A DNA stretch of 64,000 nucleotides from positions 4,973 through 68,972 of the forward strand of contig JAFEBT010000002.1 in assembly GCA_018242545.1 (NCBI GenBank), given 5' to 3'. Below the pieces are notes generated by a model that worked only from the letters and a program-made list of their open reading frames with translations, was not told the origin of the DNA and did no database searches. Origin of the DNA: Pseudomonadota bacterium. Lineage in GTDB: Bacteria > Pseudomonadota > Alphaproteobacteria > 16-39-46. Positions 50,541 to 60,011 of the stretch are shown here, piece by piece (the stretch's first letter is position 1; each line of letters begins with the position of its first letter). A program made the position numbers and the translations under genes.

Positions 50541-51623
50541 TCAGTCTCCAAAACAAATTCCAAGCCCACGTGCTGTTGCCATCATTGTTCCATGAATGTT
50601 TACAGCTTGATAATGAGCAATTGCTTCTTCTATAGAAACATCAATCACCTTACGATTTTGCCAGGCAACCATACGATTAAATTTTTGCTCTGCCACGAGA
50701 TCCACAGCATGCACACCAAAGGCAGAAGCAAGAAGCCGGTCTCTAAAGTCTGGTTGCCCTCCTCTTTGCAAATGGCCTAAAACCGTCACACGGGTTTCAG
50801 CTCCTGTAATTTGTGAAATTTTTTCACCGAGATAATGTCCAATTCCTCCATAACGTTCTTTTCCTGTAATGTCATGGATAACAACGGAATCTCCATTCTC
50901 TTTTTTAACAGCCTCCGCAACAATAACAAGTGCAGACCGCTGCCCTCTTTTCTGAAGTTGTTTGATTTTATCAGCAATCACGGACATACGATAGGGGATT
51001 TCCGGAATAAGAATAACATCAGCTCCCCCCGCGATGCCACTAATAAGAGCGATATGACCTGCATCCCGCCCCATGACTTCCAATATCATGACGCGATCAT
51101 GGCTCGCTGCCGTGGGTTGCAAGCGATCTAACGCTTCTGTTGCAACTTGAACGGCCGTCGAAAATCCAATTGAGTTTTCCGTAATACCAAGATCATTATC
51201 AATGGTTTTTGGGATTGCCACAAAATTTATATTTCCTTGGGCAGCAAGTTCAGACAAAATTTTTAAACTTCCATCCCCTCCGACCCCAATTAATGCATCA
51301 ATTTTAAGACTGCGATAGCCTTCAATGATTTCCTGAGATCTATTTAAAAAAGTACCATCTGGCATTGGATAATGGAAAGGATTTCCTTTATTTGTTGTTC
51401 CTAAAATTGTCCCACCCATACGTAACAAGCGATCTTCAAACCCTCTTAATGAAAGGGTTAATGTCTCGTATTCTAAAGGCCTCGCTAAAAGGCCTTGTGT
51501 TCCATTACGAATTCCAAGAACCTCCCATCCATATCCTTGTATGGCCCGATATGTAACTGCACGAATAACAGCATTGAGGCCAGCACAATCACCACCACTT
51601 GTTAAAATTGCAATTCGTTTCAA
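50541..51623 (-). CDS. pfk: 6-phosphofructokinase (PfkA family)
   Basis: N-terminal ILTSGGDCAGLNAVIRAV, the GGDGS motif and MGRDAGH are present. Confidence 0.85.
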   Translation of the reverse strand: MKRIAILTSGGDCAGLNAVIRAVTYRAIQGYGWEVLGIRNGTQGLLARPLEYETLTLSLRGFEDRLLRMGGTILGTTNKGNPFHYPMPDGTFLNRSQEIIEGYRSLKIDALIGVGGDGSLKILSELAAQGNINFVAIPKTIDNDLGITENSIGFSTAVQVATEALDRLQPTAASHDRVMILEVMGRDAGHIALISGIAGGADVILIPEIPYRMSVIADKIKQLQKRGQRSALVIVAEAVKKENGDSVVIHDITGKERYGGIGHYLGEKISQITGAETRVTVLGHLQRGGQPDFRDRLLASAFGVHAVDLVAEQKFNRMVAWQNRKVIDVSIEEAIAHYQAVNIHGTMMATARGLGICFGD

Positions 51624-51915
51624 AACATACTCCTCTTTTCTTTATATATCTCAGTGCTTACTTTGGTCTAAATCCTAAAAACCTTCAAGCCCTTAAAAAC
51701 ACAAAAAAAAGAGAATATTTACTTTTAGACTTATCTTTTAAAAGATTTGTGAAAGTGCATTTGTCTTTATATTTTTTAAACTCTTTTATTATTAAACTGG
51801 TTGCCTTTTTTTAAAAGATCATGATAAATTTTGAAAAGTTATAAGAAGTATATATATCCTTTTTATAAAAACCAAATCTGACATTTTATGACATAAGCTT
51901 TCTTTTCATTTCTTC

Positions 51916-52149
51916 TTGGATCCATTGCACTCAAAGATATCTCAAATGTCCGAAAAACAATGCGACTTACGTCAAAAACTTCTTGATCTACAAACTGAAC
52001 ATCAAGCTTTGGAGTGTTTTATTAAAGAAGAACAAATCAAGCCTTTACCTGATCAACTTCTTCTTCAAAGATACAAACGAAAGAAGCTTCATCTTAAAGA
52101 ACAAATCGTGACTCTTGAGAATGAACTTCTTCCAGATATTATTGCTTAA
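51916..52149 (+). CDS. DUF465 (YdcH-like) small protein
   Basis: 77 aa. The motif LQRYKRKKLHLKEQI fits the DUF465 consensus (LKkrKLaLKDEI). Confidence 0.65.
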   Translation: MDPLHSKISQMSEKQCDLRQKLLDLQTEHQALECFIKEEQIKPLPDQLLLQRYKRKKLHLKEQIVTLENELLPDIIA

Positions 52150-52395
52150 TACTTCTTATATATTTTTTATAGTAAAAAGACGAAACATTCAATAATTCAA
52201 TAGAAATAATCCTTTTCATAAACAGGCCATGAACTCCCCCACCTGAAACAAACCAGACACAATTGCAAATCCCCATGTGTTAGTAAAAAATGCTCAATAT
52301 ATCGATCTTGCGTATCTTAAATTAACTTTTGACAATTTAGTAAATTTATATATATTATACGTTTTTACATTCTTTTTTTACATAAGGAGAAATAA

Positions 52396-52824
52396 ATGTG
52401 GATGAGAACCTATAGTCAGACCTTTCAGAACGTTACAAAAGAAGCCATTTGGGAGCTCTGGACAGATATAAATCAATGGCCAACCTGGCACAATGATCTC
52501 TATTTCTGCACATTCGATGGCCCTTTTGAAGTTGGAAATTATTTTATGTTAAAGCCCAAAGGAATGAGAGCTGTTAAAATTATCCTGACAGAAATCGAAA
52601 AAGGCCATAAATTTACCGATTGTACTTCCTTTTTTGGTGCCAAAATGTATGATACACATGAACTTGAAGAAACGAGCAAAGGGCATCTAAAGCTCACAAA
52701 CACACTCAAAGTCACAGGTCCTCTCAAATGGCTTTGGATTAAATTTGTTGCTCAAAACGTTGCTAATACAGTTCCTGAAGAAATGGAGGCTCTTGTCAAT
52801 CTTGCACGAAAAAAATACCCCTAA
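52396..52824 (+). CDS. SRPBCC-superfamily (polyketide cyclase/AHSA1-like) protein
   Basis: 142 aa. WELWTDINQWPTWHNDL is typical of SRPBCC ligand-binding domains. Confidence 0.55.
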   Translation: MWMRTYSQTFQNVTKEAIWELWTDINQWPTWHNDLYFCTFDGPFEVGNYFMLKPKGMRAVKIILTEIEKGHKFTDCTSFFGAKMYDTHELEETSKGHLKLTNTLKVTGPLKWLWIKFVAQNVANTVPEEMEALVNLARKKYP

Positions 52825-52885
52825 TCTTCCTTTTGGGTTTGAAGAACCTCAAGACAGCCCCGGCTTCCTGCTCTGGCAAACAACA

Positions 52886-53272
52886 ATGACTTGGCAAAGG
52901 CTTATCAAAAAAGAGCTCGAGCCTTTTGGAGTGTCCCACGCACAATTTGTCATTATGGCGCTTCTTCTGTGGTTTAAAGCCCATCACTATGACACAACAC
53001 AAACACTTATTGTAGAATGGTCAAAGCTTGATAAAATGACGGTTTCTAAAGCCCTTAAAAAGCTCGTAGAAGAAAAGCTTGTGGAGCGCTTTGAACATAA
53101 GATCGACACGCGCTCTAAAAGCGTTTTTCTAACCGAAAAAGGAAAAGAGCTTATACATCAACTCGTTCCGCGTGTTGAACATATCGATGAAACTTTTTTT
53201 GAAAAACTTGGTCAAACTCAACCGATTTTTATTCAAACCTTAAAAAAACTTATAAAAGGATCTAACCAATGA
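52886..53272 (+). CDS. MarR-family transcriptional regulator
   Basis: MarR wHTH (LSPAQFVIMALL...TQTLIVEWSKLDKMTVSKALKKLVEEKLVER). The first in-frame ATG after the upstream stop is at 52886; the track ORF from 52745 would overlap the upstream gene by 80 nt. Confidence 0.7.
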   Translation: MTWQRLIKKELEPFGVSHAQFVIMALLLWFKAHHYDTTQTLIVEWSKLDKMTVSKALKKLVEEKLVERFEHKIDTRSKSVFLTEKGKELIHQLVPRVEHIDETFFEKLGQTQPIFIQTLKKLIKGSNQ

Positions 53273-53676
53273 CCAATTCCTCAGAAGTACCCGGCTCTGT
53301 GACTGGATTTTTAAGAATACTCCTTCGATTAGAAGGACTGGCTGTTTTTTGCACGATGTTAATGGCCTATAGGTATTTTGACTATTCTTGGAAAACATTT
53401 TTCTTTTTGTTTTTATTTCCTGATATAAGTTTTACAGGTTATCTTTTTGGAAAAACACCTGGCGCTTTTGCCTATAATACATTTCACTCTTACATCTTTC
53501 CTCTCATTTTAGGAATATTATGTTGGCAATTTGAGCCTCATTTCTTCTATATCCCTCTTATTTGGGGAGCTTACATTGGCTTTGACCGAAGCTTAGGTTT
53601 TGGCCTTAAGTATTCAAAAGGTTTTAAATATACCCATTTAGGAATGATTAAAGGTTGGGAAAAAGGGGGGAAGTAA
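53269..53676 (+). CDS. small integral membrane protein (DUF4260-like)
   Basis: 135 aa with 4 predicted TM segments. Its ATGA start overlaps the MarR stop. Confidence 0.5.
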   Translation: MTNSSEVPGSVTGFLRILLRLEGLAVFCTMLMAYRYFDYSWKTFFFLFLFPDISFTGYLFGKTPGAFAYNTFHSYIFPLILGILCWQFEPHFFYIPLIWGAYIGFDRSLGFGLKYSKGFKYTHLGMIKGWEKGGK

Positions 53677-53684
53677 AAGCACTC

Positions 53685-53850
53685 TTAACTTAATTTGCGC
53701 TGAAATTTTTTATAGACATCACCATCATTCCTTAATCCTATAAGAACAATCTTAAGCATGCCTTTTTTAATTTTATAGGTAATTTTATGCTCCCAACATC
53801 CATAGGATACTATTTCGTATACTCTACAAGAGTTCGAGATAAGCTCAGTA
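53685..53850 (-). pseudogene. C-terminal fragment of a RelE/ParE-family toxin gene (paralog of 55737..56012)
   Basis: Minus-strand translation ...SYGCWEHKITYKIKKGMLKIVLIGLRNDGDVYKKFQRKLS* matches the last ~40 aa of the intact toxin (...EYRIIYKVEKDMIMLVLIGLRNDDNVYKKFQRKLS). About 70 nt are near-identical at DNA level, and no N-terminal half is present. Confidence 0.6.
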
Positions 53851-54034
53851 GATTGTGCTTCTTACTATACTTAAAAAGCTCTTCTTTTTTACCAACTATG
53901 TTTTTTACATAAATAAAAATATCTGCTATATTGAATCTTTAAAAAGAGATTTTCCATTTTACAGATGTAAAAAAAGATTCTATTTTGGATCTGTAAAAAG
54001 TAATTTTACTATTTGTAGATGAAAGAGTACAAAT

Positions 54035-55471
54035 ATGGCAAAGTTTATTGGACGAAAAAGAGAACTAGAAATTCTTCACGGGCTCACTCAAAAAAAGACT
54101 GCGAGTCTTATTGTCATAAAAGGTCGACGCCGCATTGGCAAGAGTCGCCTTATTAAAGAATTTGGAGAGACGCATAAGCCTTATTATATTTTCTCAGGTC
54201 TTCCCCCTACTCCCCAAACAACAAAACAATCACAGATTAATGAATTTGTCAGACAGTTACGAGAATATTTTCGGCTTCCAAATATTCGGTTTAGTGACTG
54301 GGGAGACGTTTTTTATTTCTTAGCAGATAAAGTTAAAACTGGCAAAGTCATCGTTGTATTTGATGAAATTTCTTGGATCGGATCCAAAGATTCAGACTTT
54401 TTGGGAAAATTAAAGAATGCATGGGATCTTCACTTTAAAGAAAATGATAACCTCATTCTAATATTATGTGGGTCGGTCTCTTCCTGGATTGAAAAAAATA
54501 TTTTAAATAGCACAGGATTTGTTGGAAGAACTTCCGCTCCTATTACCATAGGAGAACTTTCTTTAAGCGAATGCAATGAATTTTTTGGATCAAAAGGAAA
54601 ACTTATTTCTGCTTATGAGAAGTTTAAAATTTTAGCAATTACGGGAGGAATTCCTAAATATCTTGAAGAAATTCGACCAGAATTAACAGCAGACCAAAAC
54701 ATAAAGAACCTGTGCTTTATCAAAGAAGGATTTTTATTTAATGAATTTGACCAAATGTTTTCTGACCTCTTTTTAAGCAAAAGCAGCTTTTATAAAAAAG
54801 CTTTAGAACTCTTAGTTAATGGAAATATAGAAGGAACAACTTTATGCAAAGCGATAAAATTTACACAAAATAATACCACATCAGATTATTTGTATGAACT
54901 TATGCAAGCAGGCTTTATAAGTCGAGATTATACCTGGAATTTAGCAACTCAAACGGAAGCTAAATTAAGCCATTATCGACTCAAAGATAACTATACCCGA
55001 TTTTATTTAAAGTATATACTGCCCAATAAAAATAGGATTTCAGATGGCGCTTTTGAATCCAAAGCTTTAAGCAGTTTACCAAATTGGAATACGATAATGG
55101 GCCTTCAATTTGAAAATCTTGTCCTGAATAATCGCAAAAGAATTCAAGAACTTCTTCAAATTTCTCCTGATGAAATTATATGGGACAATCCATTTTTTCA
55201 AAATAAAACATCTAAACAACCAGGCTGTCAAATCGATTATCTAATAAATACAAAGTTTTCAAATCTGTATCTTTGTGAGATTAAATTTTCACAGTCTGAA
55301 ATTAAAAAAGATATCATAGAAGAAATGGAACAAAAAATTAAAAATCTTCAAAAGCCTAAAGGATTTTCTTGTCGTCCTATTTTAATCCATGTTAATGGTG
55401 TCCACGAAGAAGTAAAAGAGTTAGATTATTTTTTTCATATTATAGATTTCAGTGATCTTCTAAAAAAGTAA
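54035..55471 (+). CDS. AAA+ ATPase of the Arch_ATPase/DUF234 family
   Basis: 478 aa. N-terminus FIGRKRELEILHG...LIVIKGRRRIGKSRLIKEF (Walker A) and Walker B VVFDEISW, plus the DUF234-type C-terminal region. Confidence 0.8.
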   Translation: MAKFIGRKRELEILHGLTQKKTASLIVIKGRRRIGKSRLIKEFGETHKPYYIFSGLPPTPQTTKQSQINEFVRQLREYFRLPNIRFSDWGDVFYFLADKVKTGKVIVVFDEISWIGSKDSDFLGKLKNAWDLHFKENDNLILILCGSVSSWIEKNILNSTGFVGRTSAPITIGELSLSECNEFFGSKGKLISAYEKFKILAITGGIPKYLEEIRPELTADQNIKNLCFIKEGFLFNEFDQMFSDLFLSKSSFYKKALELLVNGNIEGTTLCKAIKFTQNNTTSDYLYELMQAGFISRDYTWNLATQTEAKLSHYRLKDNYTRFYLKYILPNKNRISDGAFESKALSSLPNWNTIMGLQFENLVLNNRKRIQELLQISPDEIIWDNPFFQNKTSKQPGCQIDYLINTKFSNLYLCEIKFSQSEIKKDIIEEMEQKIKNLQKPKGFSCRPILIHVNGVHEEVKELDYFFHIIDFSDLLKK

Positions 55472-55736
55472 AAATTATAAGGAGGTTTTTTCTGATTTTG
55501 TTTCTTTAAACATTTTTATGCTGAGCTTCAAAAGTCTTATTGTAAATTTCTTTTTGCAACCTAAATTCTTTCCCATCTTCTAAATAGAAGTGCAACACCT
55601 TGAAGTTTTTTTGAAAGGATAAACACAAAAAGCTATTACAGATGAAAGGATATAAGAAATTAAGTTACGGAGAAAGAGTAAAATGACCACAATTAAAGCT
55701 TATATTCTTCCAAATTCTTTAATAATTGAAAAAATA

Positions 55737-56012
55737 TTAACTTAATTTACGCTGAAATTTTTTATAGACATTATCATCATTTCTTAACCCTATAAGAACA
55801 AGCATAATCATGTCTTTTTCGACTTTGTAAATAATTCGATATTCTCCAGCATCTATACGATAATACTCAGAATATCCTATAAGGGATTTTGAATCATGCG
55901 GATAAGGATCGAACAAAAGCGAAAGAACCTTACGTGCAACCTGCCTATATAGCTTAGCATCTAAAGTTTCCCAAAAATCCAAAGCATCTTTTGTTAAGTT
56001 AAGCTTAAACAT
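55737..56012 (-). CDS. type II toxin, RelE/ParE (YoeB/Txe-like) family
   Basis: 91 aa with a RelE-fold C-terminus (YRIIYKVEKDMIMLVLIGLRNDDNVYKK). Overlaps the upstream antitoxin by 8 nt. Confidence 0.8.
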   Translation of the reverse strand: MFKLNLTKDALDFWETLDAKLYRQVARKVLSLLFDPYPHDSKSLIGYSEYYRIDAGEYRIIYKVEKDMIMLVLIGLRNDDNVYKKFQRKLS

Positions 56013-56253
56013 TAATAAGCTTCTCTATAATTTTTGCGCTTTCTTCTTCTCCAAGATACCCTTTTTTTTCAGCCTGACGTGCACGCATTCCCCAATAGGC
56101 ATCTTCACAGGCTTCTAGACGATTAAGTTCTTCTTTTGAAATCATAACGATTGCCTCATGTCCAGCTTTACTAATGACAACGGGCTCAGATATAGCTATT
56201 GAAAGATATTTTCCAAAATTTGTTTTGGCTTCTGTTGCAGAAACAGTCTTCAT
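56005..56253 (-). CDS. type II antitoxin, Phd/YefM family
   Basis: 82 aa. N-terminus MKTVSATEAKTNFGKYLSIAISEPVVISKAGHEAIVMISKEELNRLE is the canonical YefM pattern. Confidence 0.8.
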   Translation of the reverse strand: MKTVSATEAKTNFGKYLSIAISEPVVISKAGHEAIVMISKEELNRLEACEDAYWGMRARQAEKKGYLGEEESAKIIEKLINV

Positions 56254-56411
56254 TATACCCTCTATTAATCAATTTAGTTATTTTAACCGATTTAATTATA
56301 ATGGTCAATGCCATAAATATTTTTATTGATATCTCTATTTTACCTAAGGTAAAGAAAATAATGATGAAGAAAAAACTTAACTTGAAGTCATTAAAAAACT
56401 TCATCTAGCTT

Positions 56412-56885
56412 CTATGGACGCTCTAAATATGGAAAATCCTCTAAAATCATTGCAATAACTTTTTTTAGATCTTCTTTTTTGTGAATAATTAAAAGAACCG
56501 TATCATCACCTGCAATTGTTCCAAGGATACCATATGTTTTCTGAGTTTTACTTTTAGGAGAATTATAGGAATAGGGAACATATTTTTGATCCAAAAAATA
56601 CGCCAAACTATTTCCATGCCCTGGATATGTATGCAAAACAATAAGTCCAAAATCCGAAACTTGCATATTCAAAACCAACGGAAAATGAGATTGATGAGAA
56701 TCAGTTGCTTTATAAATCCCAGATACTTTAGCGATTTTCAGTTTTTTGAGGCGTCTTGATAAGGTTGCTTGCGGAATCTCATAACCTCTTTCTTTCAAAT
56801 GTTTTTGAAGTTCGCTTTGTTCAAGAATCTCATAGTTTTGAATAATACTAAGAATGTGGCCTTCAAGTGTTCTATCTTCTAACAT
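56412..56885 (-). CDS. argR: arginine repressor
   Basis: 157 aa with an N-terminal wHTH (TQSELQKHLKERGYEIPQATLSRRLKKL) and the C-terminal oligomerisation motif GTIAGDDTVLL. Confidence 0.8.
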   Translation of the reverse strand: MLEDRTLEGHILSIIQNYEILEQSELQKHLKERGYEIPQATLSRRLKKLKIAKVSGIYKATDSHQSHFPLVLNMQVSDFGLIVLHTYPGHGNSLAYFLDQKYVPYSYNSPKSKTQKTYGILGTIAGDDTVLLIIHKKEDLKKVIAMILEDFPYLERP

Positions 56886-56943
56886 CTTTAGCTCCTCAAA
56901 AAGATTTATGGCGTACTTATTATGAAACTATATTCATTTTTTG

Positions 56944-56997
56944 TTGACACAACAAGAGAATACCAATATATTCAAATAATGAATATAATTTGAATAT
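56944..56997 (+). promoter_or_regulatory. sigma70-like promoter (TTGACA-17 nt-TATATT) overlapped by ARG-box-like TGAAT/ATTCA half-site cluster, upstream of the arginine ABC transporter operon and divergent from argR
   Basis: ttgTTGACAcaacaagagaataccaaTATATTcaaataaTGAATataattTGAATAtgg, read directly. The E. coli ARG box consensus is TNTGAATWWWWATTCANW. Confidence 0.45.
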
Positions 56998-57007
56998 GGA
57001 GCCAATT

Positions 57008-57751
57008 ATGAAAAAAGCTTTTACCTGCCTCTTATTCCTTTCGGTTTTAAGTCTTTTGGGATGCAAAGAAGAAAGGTCCAAAAATATACTCACATTTGCT
57101 GTTTCAGGAGATTATCCTCCTTTTGAATATTATCAAGATGGAAAATTAACAGGGTTTGATATTGAACTTGCACAACTCATTGCGAAAGAGCTTGGGAAAG
57201 AAGCAAAATTTGAGGATATGCAATTTAGCACACTTTTAGCTGCGCTTCAGAGCAATACTGTGGATGCAGCCATTTCAACCCTCACAATTACAAAAGACCG
57301 ACAAGAAAATTTTACATTTTCAGATCCCTATTATACGGGAACACTCGTAGCTGTTTATTATAAAGAAAAGCCTATTACAGATCAAAGTCAACTTTCCAAG
57401 AAAAAAATTGGATGTTTACTTGGAGCATCCATGGAAATATGGCTTAAGAAGCATGTACCAGATGCTGAAATTATCTCTATGGATAACAACAATCAGGTTA
57501 TTGAGGCATTAAAAGCAGGCCATGTGGATTTGGCTTTTATGGATAATAGCCAAGGCGCAATTTATAGCAAAAATAATCCCGAGCTTTCTTATACAATTAT
57601 TGCAAAATCCGATGATGGATATGGGATTGCAGTTCAGAAACCTTCGCCTCTTAAAGATGAGATTAATCAGGCTCTCAAAGCTTTAAAAGAAAACGGAGAT
57701 CTCCAAAAATTACAGAAAAAATGGATGGGTAGGACAGAATGGAAAAATTAA
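57008..57751 (+). CDS. polar amino-acid (arginine-type) ABC transporter substrate-binding lipoprotein
   Basis: MKKAFTCLLFLSVLSLLGC (lipobox) followed by an SBP_bac_3 fold. The track ORF begins at a TTG at 56990; the ATG at 57008 is more likely. Confidence 0.85.
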   Translation: MKKAFTCLLFLSVLSLLGCKEERSKNILTFAVSGDYPPFEYYQDGKLTGFDIELAQLIAKELGKEAKFEDMQFSTLLAALQSNTVDAAISTLTITKDRQENFTFSDPYYTGTLVAVYYKEKPITDQSQLSKKKIGCLLGASMEIWLKKHVPDAEIISMDNNNQVIEALKAGHVDLAFMDNSQGAIYSKNNPELSYTIIAKSDDGYGIAVQKPSPLKDEINQALKALKENGDLQKLQKKWMGRTEWKN

Positions 57752-58368
57752 TATCTCATATCCTCTTTATAGGAAGCGGAGTTATTCTAACGCTCCAGCT
57801 TCTTATCGGAGGGTTATCCATGGGCCTTTTGCTCGGAAGCCTTTTCTCAATTCTCCGCTATAAGAGAATTGCAAAGGGTTTGATTAATCACCTTGTTTCA
57901 GTTTTACGTGGAACTCCTGTTATTTTACAACTAAGCTTAATTTATTTTGCCGTACCCGGACTTCTCAATATTAAGCTCAGCATTTTAGAAGCTGGCATCA
58001 TAACATTTGGGTTCAATAGTTCTGCCTACATTGCAGAAATCTTAAGAGCTGGAATTGAAAGCCTTCCAAAAGGGCAGTTTGAAGCCGCTAAAACGCTTCA
58101 AATTCCTTCCTTTTACACTTGGAAAGATATTATTCTTCCCCAAGTTATACGGAATGTTTTCCCCTCTCTTGTTAATGAAGTTATTGCTCTTTTAAAAGAA
58201 ACAGCCCTTATTGCAACCATCGGGGGAATGGATATCCTCAGAAAATCACAAATTTTAGGAGCCGAGCACTTTACGTATTTTATCCCGCTTTGTATTGCGG
58301 GGTGTTATTATTATGCGCTTGTTATTTTAATTGAATATTTTGGAAAGAAGATTGAACAAAGGGGTTAG
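57739..58368 (+). CDS. amino-acid ABC transporter permease (HisM/ArtM-like)
   Basis: 209 aa with 5 TM segments and an EAA-like loop (EAAKTLQIPSFYTWKDIILPQ). Confidence 0.85.
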   Translation: MEKLISHILFIGSGVILTLQLLIGGLSMGLLLGSLFSILRYKRIAKGLINHLVSVLRGTPVILQLSLIYFAVPGLLNIKLSILEAGIITFGFNSSAYIAEILRAGIESLPKGQFEAAKTLQIPSFYTWKDIILPQVIRNVFPSLVNEVIALLKETALIATIGGMDILRKSQILGAEHFTYFIPLCIAGCYYYALVILIEYFGKKIEQRG

Positions 58369-58369
58369 T

Positions 58370-59026
58370 ATGCTTAAAATTCAAAATGTTTGTAAAAAAT
58401 TTGACACATTGGATGTCCTTAAAAACATCACTTTAAACATTCCTGAAAACAAGATTATTGGCCTTGCTGGACCTTCAGGAAGCGGAAAATCAACCCTTCT
58501 TCGGTGTCTGCAAAAATTAGAGACCATCGACTCTGGACTGATTGACTATAAAAAACAAACTGGATTTATGTTTCAAGATTTTCAATTGTTTCCCCATATG
58601 ACAGTTTTACAAAATCTAACCTATGCTCCAGCCTTCCATAAAAAAGATAAAGATCTTCAAGCAGAAGCTCTCACGCTTCTTAAAACACTTGGACTTGAAG
58701 GCAAAGAACATGTCTTTCCAAGCCAACTTTCTGGTGGACAAAAGCAACGCGTTGCGCTCGCACGTAGTCTTATGATGCACCCACAAATTCTTCTATGTGA
58801 TGAGCCCACATCTGGCCTTGATGTTGCAACTGTTCTTGATGTTGTCTCTTTGCTTAAATCAGTTCAAAGTATGGGAGTTACCATGATCATTGCTTCACAC
58901 GATCTTGATTTTTTAACAAAGATCGCAGATCAAATCATTCTCCTAAAGGACGGAGAAATTGTGCTCAATACAAATCTTCATTCTTTAAAAGAAGATCCCA
59001 TTCCCTATTTGAAGAGATATTATTAA
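58370..59026 (+). CDS. amino-acid ABC transporter ATP-binding protein
   Basis: Walker A GPSGSGKST, signature LSGGQKQRVALARS and Walker B LLCDEPTSGLD. The start at MLKIQNV abuts the permease stop. Confidence 0.9.
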   Translation: MLKIQNVCKKFDTLDVLKNITLNIPENKIIGLAGPSGSGKSTLLRCLQKLETIDSGLIDYKKQTGFMFQDFQLFPHMTVLQNLTYAPAFHKKDKDLQAEALTLLKTLGLEGKEHVFPSQLSGGQKQRVALARSLMMHPQILLCDEPTSGLDVATVLDVVSLLKSVQSMGVTMIIASHDLDFLTKIADQIILLKDGEIVLNTNLHSLKEDPIPYLKRYY

Positions 59027-59041
59027 TTAAAAGAAAATTTT

Positions 59042-59334
59042 TTAACCCAACAAGTCTATGAGATTACGATGGCCACTAAGTATACGAACAATTTCTAAAG
59101 GAAATGTTTCAGCTTTATAGATAATAAGGTAGTTATAAATCGGCCAAAATAAGACCGGATACTCCGTTAAGTCTCGACGAACATGTCCCATTTTGGATAA
59201 CAACTGAGCATTTCAAATTTTTCTTGAATAGAGCCAATAACTTTATCAGCTGCTGCTTGATTATCTTCAGCAATAAATTCCCATATCTTTATGAGATCTT
59301 CCCGAGCAAGCTCTGAAATAATATAAGAGGACAT
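59042..59334 (-). pseudogene. ParE-family toxin gene with a -1 frameshift in an A5 run
   Basis: Minus-strand frame 1 gives MSSYIISELAREDLIKIWEFIAEDNQAAADKVIGSIQEKFEMLSCYPKW..* After the run ccaaaa the reading continues in another frame: MGHVRRDLTEYPVLFWPIYNYLIIYKAETFPLEIVRILSGHRNLIDLLG*. Joined, they give a canonical ~97-aa ParE. Confidence 0.6.
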
Positions 59335-59341
59335 ATTATTT

Positions 59342-59629
59342 CTAAACGCTCATTGTTTTATGTCTGTTATCACTCATCTTCTTAATTTCTTCAAAAACTT
59401 GAGGTCCAGAGATGCTTTCTCCATTCTGAAGCTGTCGTAAGCCCGCTTCAATCTCATGATTAAGTTTTTGTATTTGTTGCTGAAAGAGCATATCTCTTTC
59501 CATAAGAAGCCTTATTCCTTCACGGACAACCTCACTGGCAGAGTTATAAAGCCCAGTTTCTATTTTTTTTTGAATAAATTTTTCCAGCGTATTATTTAAT
59601 GAGATATTCATTCGATTTTTTCCTTTCAC
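59342..59629 (-). CDS. ParD/CopG-family antitoxin
   Basis: MNISLNNTLEKFIQKKIETGLYNSASEVVREGIRLLMERD fits the ParD consensus (SASEVVRaGLRLLee). The likely start is the internal Met at 59611. Confidence 0.7.
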   Translation of the reverse strand: MKGKNRMNISLNNTLEKFIQKKIETGLYNSASEVVREGIRLLMERDMLFQQQIQKLNHEIEAGLRQLQNGESISGPQVFEEIKKMSDNRHKTMSV

Positions 59630-60011
59630 TTACAATTTATTTAATATCAAAAATAACAAAAAATGTCAAATATTGTTACAAAAGAATCTTAAACAAGAAT
59701 GCTTCTCTTAGCTTAAAGATGTCTCTAAAGAAAAATAAAATGGCTCTAATTTTAAGACGTCAAAGACCTTACCCATATTTTTCTTCTTTTTATTTTTGCC
59801 AAGTATTACAGAGTAGAAATATTTTTATCAAAGTTCTTGGACTCCTTATTAATTAAGGTAAACTATTTTAATATTGATCTCTTAATGCCTCTCCTTAATC
59901 TCTCCTTAATATAGAATTAAAAGAAGATACATTTTAGCAATCAATTCGATTCATAAGATAGTTCTTTGAGGCTATTGAATTAATTTAAATAAATAAAACA
60001 GGAGGTTTTGT

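Noticed and set aside
52745-52885. Extended MarR start at 52745 as given in the ORF track
   Set aside because: It would overlap the upstream SRPBCC gene by 80 nt, and no ATG, GTG or TTG exists between the upstream stop and 52886. The 52886 start is preferred, although the N-terminus looks slightly short for MarR.
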